This document shows positions 55,059 to 63,950 of a stretch of DNA of 64,000 nt, in pieces. Under the pieces are notes generated by a model. The model was given only the letters and a program-made list of their open reading frames with translations. It had not been told where the DNA came from and made no database searches. Both the position numbers and the translations under genes were made by a program. How positions within the stretch are numbered: position 1 is the first letter of the stretch; each line of letters opens with the position of its first letter. The stretch spans positions 254,448,001-254,512,000 of the forward strand of contig CM097882.1 of the NCBI GenBank assembly GCA_044892505.1, given 5' to 3'. The DNA is from Schmidtea nova. Its lineage: Eukaryota.

Positions 55059-55475
55059 TTATGCGTATCTTGCATTGTCAACTCTCCAAATCGGAGTAAC
55101 AACATCTTTTTTATCAATCTTGTATCCCTGGATAATAATGGTAACGAACCAGTGTTCTTGATCCACGAAATCAATAGTTTGAAAAGCATCATGAAACCGA
55201 GTTTTTCTGTTATTGATGTACATGGTTTCTTTACATGTCAAATTAACATTGATCTTAGAAAATAATCGATTTAATGCGATAATATCTGCTTTGGCAATAA
55301 TTATAGCAAGACTGTCATATAAAGATTTTGTTAACTTTACCGGAAATGATAATCGATACGGTATTTCATTAACCAAAAAATAAAGTCGACTGTCATAGTA
55401 CATCTGAACTGGTTTGACCTCAGTCTGATAGATTTTTTCGTCGCTTATATCTAAATTTTCTTTTCGTGATTGCAT
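55059..55475 (-). CDS. Polinton hypothetical protein (138 aa), possibly an OB-fold ssDNA-binding protein
   Basis: Intact ATG-initiated ORF inside the element; beta-rich C-terminal pattern. Function speculative. Confidence 0.6.
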   Translation of the reverse strand: MQSRKENLDISDEKIYQTEVKPVQMYYDSRLYFLVNEIPYRLSFPVKLTKSLYDSLAIIIAKADIIALNRLFSKINVNLTCKETMYINNRKTRFHDAFQTIDFVDQEHWFVTIIIQGYKIDKKDVVTPIWRVDNARYA

Positions 55476-55998
55476 GTTGTAAATTGTGACAATATTTTAT
55501 AAAAAGTCTTTGTATTTATACTGATGACTGGATGTCTTTGTCCAATCATATTCATGCATTTGTTTTGCACACACTATGCATATGTATTGCAATGTCTTTA
55601 TTGTATGTGTGCATGTTTAATTATTTAGTATTTGTCAAGTATGAAGCTTTTGCACATCAAAACCATCACAGATTAGGTTCTGCTTCCAGGGTTCTGATAA
55701 TAATGTTGTTATTTATTTAATAATTTATTTATTTATTTATTTCACAATTATTATTATTGTCTTTCATAAAAAACTTTCTTACTAATTATTTAATAAAAAC
55801 TAATTACTTTCTTATATACAATTAATAAAAAAACTACTACTAAAAATTGATTTAATAAAAAAAAAACTATTATTATTTAAATAAAAACTACAAATGAAAA
55901 AAAAAAACTTTTATTAGACTAAACTAAAATCACAAAAAACTAAAACTAAAACTAAAAAATAAGTTATTACATAAAACATATACACATCAAATTGTACA

Positions 55999-56611
55999 TT
56001 ATTGTTCATCGTTTTCTTTTTCTTTTTCTTCTTCTTCCTCCTCTTCTTCAACACCATCAGCCTGTCGATGGCATTCGGCACAATCGGGTGATTGTGGAGA
56101 TTCTGCACAATCAGGTGATTCCGATGGATACGGACCATCTAGAGATGGTGCATGTTCCATTGAGCAATCATTTTTTGATTGATCATCTTCATCAATCGGC
56201 TCCGGAGTAGAGTTGGGCCATGTTTCCTTGATTTGCTCCTCCTCCTCCTCATCGATTTTGTCCATTTGTTGGACATCATAGAGTTTGAGGGAATTCCTCA
56301 AAACCCATATGTTAAACTGCTGGATTCTTTCCACGCACAGAATGTGCTCAGGTACCACTGGCAAATCGGTATTCTGGCTGGTCATGTGGTCCAGCACAAT
56401 CTGATTGATATCTATTCCTGTCAGGACCATAATTTTATATGGGAACATCTCCGGAGCCGTGTAGACCAGAGCCGGCATAAGATTTGGGAATAGTTCCTCC
56501 AGCTTCCGATATATAACATTCATTAATTTTTCTAAATAAAAAAATATTAAATATGAAAAATTAAAAATTAAAACCCTTACGGCTTTTAATTAAAGTTTGG
56601 GTTAGCGACAT
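55999..56611 (-). CDS. Acidic orphan protein, copy 1 (exons 56611-56581, 56531-55999)
   Basis: ATG exon MSLTQTLIKS joins in frame via a 49-nt GTAAG...TTTAG intron (56580-56532) to the 174-aa ORF; Glu/Asp-rich C-terminus. Confidence 0.8.
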
Positions 56612-57244
56612 AATTGTGGATATAAACTATGTGAGATTGTTCATAGTATATATATCAAAGAAACACACATGATTTGAAACATACATAATGAACCAATCAG
56701 AGTGAAGCATGCACAACATGTCTTTATTCTATCGATACACACACACAGAGCCAATCAGAATCGTGCATTTCTAATGTCCAATCATATTCATGCATTTGTT
56801 TTGCACACACTATGCATATGTATTGCAATGTCTTTGTTGTATGTGTGCATGTTTAATTATTTAGTATTTGTCAAGTATGAAGCTTTTGCACATCAAAACC
56901 ATCACAGATTAGGTTCTGCTTCCAGGGTTCTGATAATAATGTTGTTATTTATTTAATAATTTATTTATTTATTTATTTATTTATTTCACAATTATTATTA
57001 TTGTCTTTCATAAAAAACTTTCTTACTAATTATTTAATAAAAACTAATTACTTTCTTATATACAATTAATAAAAAAAACTACTACTAAAACTTGATTTAA
57101 TAAAAAAAAAACTATTATTATTTAAATAAAAACTACAAATGAAAAAAAAAAAACTTTTATTAGACTAAACTAAAATCACAAAAAACTAAAACTAAAACTA
57201 AAAAATAAGTTATTACATAAAACATATACACATCAAATTGTACA

Positions 57245-57860
57245 TTATTGTTCATCGTTTTCTTTTTCTTTTTCTTCTTCTTCCTCCTCTTCTTCAACAC
57301 CATCAGCCTGTCGATGGCATTCGGCACAATCGGGTGATTGTGGAGATTCTGCACAATCAGGTGATTCCGATGGATACGGACCATCTAGAGATGGTGCATG
57401 TTCCATTGAGCAATCATTTTTTGATTGATCATCTTCATCAATCGGCTCCGGAGTAGAGTTGGGCCATGTTTCCTTTTTTTGCTCCTCCTCCTCCTCCTCA
57501 TCGATTTTGTCCATTTGTTGGACATCATAGAGTTTGAGGGAATTCCTCAAAACCCATATGTTAAACTGCCGGATTCTTTCCACGCACAGAATGTGCTCAG
57601 GTACCACTGGCAAATCGGTATTCTGGCTGGTCATGTGGTCCAGCACAATCTGATTGATATCTATTCCTGTCAGGACCATAATTTTATATGGGAACATCTC
57701 CGGAGCCGTGTAGACCAGAGCCGGCATAAGATTTGGGAATAGTTCCTCCAGCTTCCGATATATAACATTCATTAATTTTTCTAAATAAAAAAATATTAAA
57801 TATGAAAAATTAAAAATTAAAACCCTTACGGCTTTTAATTAAAGTTTGGGTTAGCGACAT
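57245..57860 (-). CDS. Acidic orphan protein, copy 2 (exons 57860-57830, 57780-57245)
   Basis: Same structure; intron 57829-57781. Confidence 0.8.
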
Positions 57861-58035
57861 AATTGTGGATATAAACTATGTGAGATTGTTCATAGTATAT
57901 ATATCAAAGAAACACACATGATTTGAAACATACATAATGAACCAATCAGAGTGAAGCATGCACAACATGTCTTTATTCTATCGATACACACACAGAGCCA
58001 ATCAGAATCGTGCATTTAGTGCATCGATATTGCAG

Positions 58036-58503
58036 TCATGAGTCACATGTTAGTATGAAATCAACAAAGGCTTTATCTTCTATAATTGATTTTATATCGT
58101 TAATAATATCATCAACTATAGTACTATAGTCTTTGTTTTTTAATCCTAATATGACTAATTTCCCACTTGCAAATATATTTACACACATGGGATTATATTT
58201 GGTATACCTCAAAGCTGGAAATAATTCTGGCTCGTAAACACACGGTATCAATTTCGATAATTCATTCAAATTACAAATAAATCCTAAATCAGCAGTTACA
58301 GTTATCGATTGTATTGTTAAATCGTAAAACTCAACTTGTTCGTCACTAATAAATTCCCTGCATCCCATTATTCTATATCTTCCTGTTTTAAAGTATATTA
58401 TTGGGTATTTCCCAGTTCGATCTACAATTTGCTGGGGTTTTCCTTTTGGAAATTTCATGTGTGATACATCAGTCTTACCCTTATAATTAATGTTTCTAAT
58501 CAT
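58036..58503 (-). CDS. TATA-binding-protein-like protein (155 aa)
   Basis: IQSITVTADLGFICNLNEL...YEPELFPALRY...VNIFASGKLVILGLK matches TBP repeat 2 (IQNMVGSCDV...YEPELFPGLIY...LIFVSGKVVLTGAK). A degenerate repeat 1 is visible (IRNINYK...IYFKTGRYRIMGCR). Confidence 0.9.
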   Translation of the reverse strand: MIRNINYKGKTDVSHMKFPKGKPQQIVDRTGKYPIIYFKTGRYRIMGCREFISDEQVEFYDLTIQSITVTADLGFICNLNELSKLIPCVYEPELFPALRYTKYNPMCVNIFASGKLVILGLKNKDYSTIVDDIINDIKSIIEDKAFVDFILTCDS

Positions 58504-58596
58504 TACTGAAAATATTTTTAAATGAAATAATTACTTTGAGAACAGGTATTTAAAACAAATATAAACAATAATATTAAGAAAATATAATTTTTAAAT

Positions 58597-59220
58597 ATGG
58601 AATTAAGAAATGATGCAGTGTTTCAAATTGTTGGTCCGAGCGGGAGTGGAAAAACTTTATTTGTTTGTAAATTATTGCAATCGAAATTATTCAAATCAAA
58701 ATTTAATAATATTTATTGGCATAGGGGTGCTGACGACGAAAGCGGAATGACACAAGATCAGTTTTGTAAAATAAAAATGACAATCATTAAAGGTTTCGAT
58801 AAAAACTGGTCATCTAGATTAAAACAAGGTGATGTGATTATCATTGACGACTTGTATCAAGAAGCAAATAAAGAAAAGGATTTCAATAACTTATTTACGA
58901 AAATCAGTAGACATAAAGGTGTTACAGTTATTTTTATAACTCAGAATTTATTTCATCAGGGCGGTAATCATCGAACTCGTAATTTAAATGTTCAATATCT
59001 TGTTGTGTTTAAAAATCCTAGAGATGCAACAGTTATTGATTTTCTGGCAAGACAAGCTTATCCTTCTAATCGTAACTTTTTGATTGAAGCCTTTCAAGAT
59101 GCTACAAAATCTCCTCATGGATATATTTTCCTGGATTTTACTCAACAATGCAGTGATGATTTACGAGTTAGAACTGATATTTTTAACCCGGAAGGAGCCA
59201 TGGTTTATAAACAAAGTTAA
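58597..59220 (+). CDS. A32-like (FtsK-HerA superfamily) packaging ATPase
   Basis: Walker A GPSGSGKT, Walker B IIIDD, and SRH...ITQNLFHQG...RTRNLN motif typical of Polinton ATPases. Confidence 0.96.
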   Translation: MELRNDAVFQIVGPSGSGKTLFVCKLLQSKLFKSKFNNIYWHRGADDESGMTQDQFCKIKMTIIKGFDKNWSSRLKQGDVIIIDDLYQEANKEKDFNNLFTKISRHKGVTVIFITQNLFHQGGNHRTRNLNVQYLVVFKNPRDATVIDFLARQAYPSNRNFLIEAFQDATKSPHGYIFLDFTQQCSDDLRVRTDIFNPEGAMVYKQS

Positions 59221-59240
59221 TTCTGTTTGCAATCGTAATC

Positions 59241-59765
59241 ATGTTAATGAAATCTCGAGTAAAGTTTGAGCCATTGATAAAGGCTAGAACAAAGAAAGCG
59301 GGAAAGAAAACAAAGAAACTATTTACAAAGAAATCTATAAATAAATCAAGAAAGAAATCAACATCCAAGAAAATACTTATGGATAATATTCCCAAAAATA
59401 ATCAAATTAATTTGAAATCTAATGCTAAACAAGCACATCATCGGAGTTTACCGTTTTTTAATGCATTACTTAAAGCCCCCTCCGTTAGAAGAATGGGTAT
59501 TCTTCAATCGTTTCCTAGTTACGTCATCGATGATTTACTCTCTATTTTAATTAAAGTCGTGCGAGGTAAAATGAATCTAACTCCATCTAATCGCCGTGTT
59601 TTGAACAAGCATAAAAAACCATTGTTGTCGCTAGTAAACACAAAAAATAAAAAACTTATGTGCAAAGTAATATATAAACAACAAGGTGGTTTTATCGCAG
59701 CATTGTTACCATTAGCATTATCTTTATTGGGAGGTGCTGGTTTATTGGGAAAAAGAAAGTCATAA
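59241..59765 (+). CDS. Basic core protein with a pX-like C-terminus (probable start ATG 59247)
   Basis: Lys-rich N-terminus; ends QQGG-FIAALLPLALSLLGG, resembling adenovirus pX xxGG|hydrophobic tail. Confidence 0.75.
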   Translation: MLMKSRVKFEPLIKARTKKAGKKTKKLFTKKSINKSRKKSTSKKILMDNIPKNNQINLKSNAKQAHHRSLPFFNALLKAPSVRRMGILQSFPSYVIDDLLSILIKVVRGKMNLTPSNRRVLNKHKKPLLSLVNTKNKKLMCKVIYKQQGGFIAALLPLALSLLGGAGLLGKRKS

Positions 59766-59768
59766 ACA

Positions 59769-59990
59769 ATGGGTCAATCACTACCTAATTTAAATTTAAA
59801 TTTTAAATCTTCTTGTTGTAATGGAGAAGATCTGGACGAACCCAAAAGACGACGCCGGTTTCGGTGGAGTCGAAAAGCTAAGGAAAAAAGCACAGAAGTC
59901 GAAACAACAGACACAAAGTTGGTTATCGGGGCAACTTGCATACAGTCTAAACAAACCGATGTTGAAACGGTTTCCAACTCGAGCATATAA
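59769..59990 (+). CDS. Small ORF overprinting the integrase N-terminus
   Basis: ATG 4 nt after the core-gene stop; MGQ...SSCC...KRRRRFRWSRK; overlaps the integrase ORF in another frame. Confidence 0.4.
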   Translation: MGQSLPNLNLNFKSSCCNGEDLDEPKRRRRFRWSRKAKEKSTEVETTDTKLVIGATCIQSKQTDVETVSNSSI

Positions 59991-60866
59991 AACATATAGA
60001 ATCAATGATTTGTGGCAAATGGATTTGATGGAAATGATTCCGTATTCCAAAATTAACAAGGGGTACAAGTATATTTTAACATGTATCGATGTTTACAGTA
60101 GATTTGCTCGAGCAATTGGAGTCAAATCTAAATCTGCTAATGACATGGCAATCGCTATCAAGACAATGATGAAAAAGGATCGGCCAACTAATTTACAAAC
60201 TGATTTGGGTAAAGTTAAATATAATTTTATATATTTATTATTTTTTTAGGAAAGGAATTTTACAACAGTAAAGTCAAGGAAGTTATCAAGGGAATAAATC
60301 ATTATTCAGTATTCTCACAATTCAAAGCCGCTCATGTCGAGAGATTTAATCGAACTTTGCGTGATCGATTGAAAAAATACTTTGTTTTTAAAGGCAATAA
60401 AACCTGGATTAATGTCTTACCTCAATTGATTCATAGTTATAATCATAGTGCTCATCGGGGTATAAATGGTAGGAAACCGGCAGAAGTAGTTGATACTGAA
60501 AATATTGTGAGTGAAGTGAAAGTAAAGAAACCAAAATATAAAGTTGATGATCATGTTCGAATTAGCAAGATTAGTACATCGCCATTCGTTAAAAATTTTG
60601 ATAATAATTGGAGTGATGAGGTATATCAAATATCGAAAGTCAACACAGTGCAGAATCCTGTCATGTATACTATTCGTGACTCTGATAACAATATAATCAG
60701 CGGCAAATTCTACGAACAAGAATTACAAGTTATTCCTCCACCTACGATATTTAGAATTCAAAATATTTTGAAGACTAAAATGGTAGGTAAGGATAAACAA
60801 TACTATGTCAAATGGCATGGATATAAAGAACCATCATGGATCTCGTCAAAAAATCTAGTAAAGTGA
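59821..60866 (+). CDS. Retroviral-like (rve) integrase with C-terminal chromodomain (exons 59821-60208, 60250-60866)
   Basis: GFGGVEKL, WQMDL (D), QTDLG|KEFYN (D, restored by a 41-nt GT-AG intron), VERFNRTL (E), YYVKWHGY...SWI. Confidence 0.95.
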
Positions 60867-61876
60867 ATTTTTACACTATTTTACCGAGAAATAGTTGTCC
60901 CAATATCCATCCAGATAATACCGCAAGTAAATTCATGGTGAATTTACCTAATCCAATTTATTTAAACGGAAATTGGGAAGTTGCTCTAATGGATTTTACA
61001 TTTGTTTACCAACCTTTTCCATATTATAGTTATTGTAAAATTTATTACTATAAAAAGAAAACAATTGTTGCAAATGCATTTTTCTCGATATATAATAATA
61101 GTGGTCATCTGAATGTTCCAACTCACGCAATTGATCCGGATATCGAAATGTGGCAACGAGGTGGAAGAATAATTCTCACGTGTAATGTTGTTCCGTATAC
61201 AATTACATTTAATGATCTTGATGTGGCAAAACGAATGGGAAGTAATAATCTGACAATAAAATGTACTGAAGAAGAATGTGAATTCAAAGTTATGCAAAAC
61301 TTGGCCAGTAGTGATGAAGAAATAATTACTTTTACTATATCGTATGATCGTCAAGAAGGACATGTATTCACATTCAAGGAGGAGTTGTATATAACGCAAC
61401 TAGATGAATTACAGAAATATATTAGCGATAATTGTTCGGATATTTTTACAGTTGTCGAATTAAATAAATTGTTCAAATTCAAACTCAAAGAAAAAATCAC
61501 TAAAGTCCGATTTGATAAATACTTGGTCAATACATTGGGATTAGATAAGGATACATTTACCGATAAAAATATCATTTCTGGTGTTCGTCAACCGAAAATA
61601 TCTAAACTTCATCAGCAATTATTCGTGTATACTAACATTATCGAACCCATTATTGTTGGTGATTCCTTGGTTCCTTTACTAAAATCGGTATGGATTGAAA
61701 AATACGAGCCAGATGAAATTGTTCAAATACAAGTCGAAAATCCAATGTATTTATCTGTTTCAACATCCTGTATAAACAATATAGAAATAAATATCCGGGA
61801 TGACAGCGGAAGATTTATAAAATTTCCAAAAGATTCAAAAACTCACTTAACTCTACATTTTCGAAAAAACGATTAG
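60836..61876 (+). CDS. Minor capsid protein (penton)
   Basis: FYTILPRNS...PDNTASKFMVNLPNPIYLNGNWEVAL at the N-terminus and LFVYTNIIEPIIVGD...PLL...NNIEINIRDDSG at the C-terminus are Polinton penton motifs. Start may be GTG 60862. Confidence 0.9.
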   Translation: MDLVKKSSKVNFYTILPRNSCPNIHPDNTASKFMVNLPNPIYLNGNWEVALMDFTFVYQPFPYYSYCKIYYYKKKTIVANAFFSIYNNSGHLNVPTHAIDPDIEMWQRGGRIILTCNVVPYTITFNDLDVAKRMGSNNLTIKCTEEECEFKVMQNLASSDEEIITFTISYDRQEGHVFTFKEELYITQLDELQKYISDNCSDIFTVVELNKLFKFKLKEKITKVRFDKYLVNTLGLDKDTFTDKNIISGVRQPKISKLHQQLFVYTNIIEPIIVGDSLVPLLKSVWIEKYEPDEIVQIQVENPMYLSVSTSCINNIEINIRDDSGRFIKFPKDSKTHLTLHFRKND

Positions 61877-61895
61877 TAATCCCGATATAGTTTCA

Positions 61896-62255
61896 ATGTA
61901 CAGTAATAGCCAAACTGGTGGTGAATTACCGTATTTTGTCGGTAAACAGTATGGATCAGGTTGGTTGAAAACTATTGGGAGATTTGCACTTCCAATTCTT
62001 AGACGACTAGGTAATTTCGGAATGAATACTGCTAAGGACGTTATCATGAAAGATAATAAAATATTACCGTCATTGAAAACCAATGCTTTGGCAGCAGTTA
62101 ATAAAGCTATACCTGCTGTAACACAAATGCTTCCTACAATTACAAGTATGTTTACAAAAAATAAGGAACCGGAATCTGTACCGGTAGGACCAAGACGTAA
62201 ACGAAAGCGTATAAACAAACGAATGAAAGGTCATGGAACTATATTTGAAGAATGA
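61896..62255 (+). CDS. pVI-like protease-processed virion protein
   Basis: QTGG and QYGSG sites followed by an amphipathic WLKTIGRFALPILRRLG helix; basic C-terminus. Confidence 0.75.
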   Translation: MYSNSQTGGELPYFVGKQYGSGWLKTIGRFALPILRRLGNFGMNTAKDVIMKDNKILPSLKTNALAAVNKAIPAVTQMLPTITSMFTKNKEPESVPVGPRRKRKRINKRMKGHGTIFEE

Positions 62256-63471
62256 TTTGCGGTAAATCTGAATTATTTCTTTTTGATCGACCATCACCTC
62301 AAGCAGTTATTGAATATGGGGCGTTTGAAGATGTGTTTCCAATGAATTCAATTACAGATAGTAGAAATGATGTTGAATTTTACATTAATGGTTCTCAAAC
62401 CGAATATTTGGATTTGAACAATACATTATTGTCCGTTACAATCAAGGTTGTAGATAAAGATAAAAAACAATTAGCTGATGTGAGTGATGTAGTTCCTAAT
62501 AATTATTTGTTTCATACACTTTTCAAAGATGTAATTCTCGGATTTAATAATATAAAAATCGAGGGTGGAAACAATACATATGCGCACAAGGCAATAATCG
62601 AAACTATTTTAAATTATACGAATGATGCGAAAGAAACATGTCTTACTCCAATGGGATATGGTTCCGCTGACGATCGGAAAAAATGGATCAAGGGATCTAA
62701 ACTTTTCAACATGTGTTCATCATTACAACTCGATTTTATGGATCAACCTAAATACTTACTTCCCGGAGTTAATGTACATATTAGATTGAAGCGATCTGAT
62801 TCTGCATTATCATTGAAATCGGCAGCTGGGAAACCAATAATCCAAATAGTTGATGCAAAATTAATGGTAAGAAGAGTTCGATGTGATTCTTCAGTATTGG
62901 CCGGTCATCAAATTGGTTTAAATAAAAAACATGCAATTTATCCATTAAAATCAAAAGAAATTTATCGTTTGCAATCGGTAAAGGGGCATCGTCATTTTAC
63001 AAGGAGCAAATATTTGGAGATAGACGAATGCCTAATTTCATTCTTGTGGCTTTTCAATCCGAAAATCAATATAATGGGTCTTATACCGAGTCAACATCTA
63101 CATTCAAACATTTTAATGTGACTTCATTAACATTGTCGAAAAATACCGATTATCGTGAAACATATACCCAGGATTTTGAAAATGATAATTTTAGTGCATC
63201 ATATATGCAAAGTCTTGTCCGAAATCTAGGTTATTTGGATAAAAACTCGAATTGTGGTATTGGTCTAGATGAATTTAAATCTAGTTATCCATTCTTTACA
63301 TTTGTTCTGGCTCCCGATTTTGATTTGAATCAAAGCCAAATCCCTCAAAACGGAAATTTACGACTCGATATAAAGTTTGCAAAACCTATTGAGGAACCGG
63401 TTCATGTAGTTATATATGGAGTTTTTGAAAATGAAGTTCAAATTACTGCCAATCGAACAATATTAGTTTGA
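62252..63471 (+). CDS. Major capsid protein (double jelly-roll), split by one frameshift near 62963
   Basis: KSELFLF...EFYINGSQTEYLDLNNT, YLLPGVNVHIRLKR, FDL..., GNLRLDIKFAKP. Adding 1 nt at ~62963 joins ORFs 62252 and 63028 (EIxSFAIGKG...MPNFILVAF). Confidence 0.93.
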
Positions 63472-63571
63472 GCAGAGCTCAAACATTGTTGGTTTAAGCT
63501 TAAACATTAGTATTTTGAGCAGAAATCAAACAGTATAAATGATCAAAGTTATTATTTTTATTATTCTTATT

Positions 63572-63950
63572 ATGGAGTAAGATTTTTAATTGATTAGTTA
63601 TTTATTTTTAATTAGTTCTATTCAGGTATTACATCAAGGTAAAAAAACTATTGGGAAATCAATTTATTGGAGTATTTCCTCTCGATAAAATACCTTATTT
63701 GAAAATGAATCAAGCCATCATTGTAAATACTCAGACATATACGTTGGGTGGTGAACATTGGATTGCAGTTTATGTGAAATCAGATCGAATACATGTATTT
63801 GATGCCTTTGGATATTATTATCCAAATTTACTTGTTCGAAAACTACAAACTATTGGTAAACCTATTGTGTATAATAGAATTCGGTATCAGCATCCTTTAA
63901 CAATCACTTGTGGTGAACATTGCCTTGCATGGTTGAAATCAATGTTATAA
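63572..63950 (+). CDS. Adenain-like cysteine protease (exons 63572-63576, 63626-63950)
   Basis: FIGVFPLD, GEHW (His), FDAFG (Asp), Q, TCGEHC (Cys). ATGGA|GTAAG...TTCAG|G supplies an in-frame ATG via a 49-nt intron. Confidence 0.92.

Larger units (their letters stand above)
55539..58017. repeat. Tandem duplication of a ~1.24-kb unit (55539-56770; 56775-58017)
   Basis: Near-identical units differing by a few substitutions and homopolymer indels. Confidence 0.95.

Noticed and set aside
60417-62297. Minus-strand ORFs opposite the integrase, penton and pVI-like genes
   Set aside because: Antisense shadows with no motifs.
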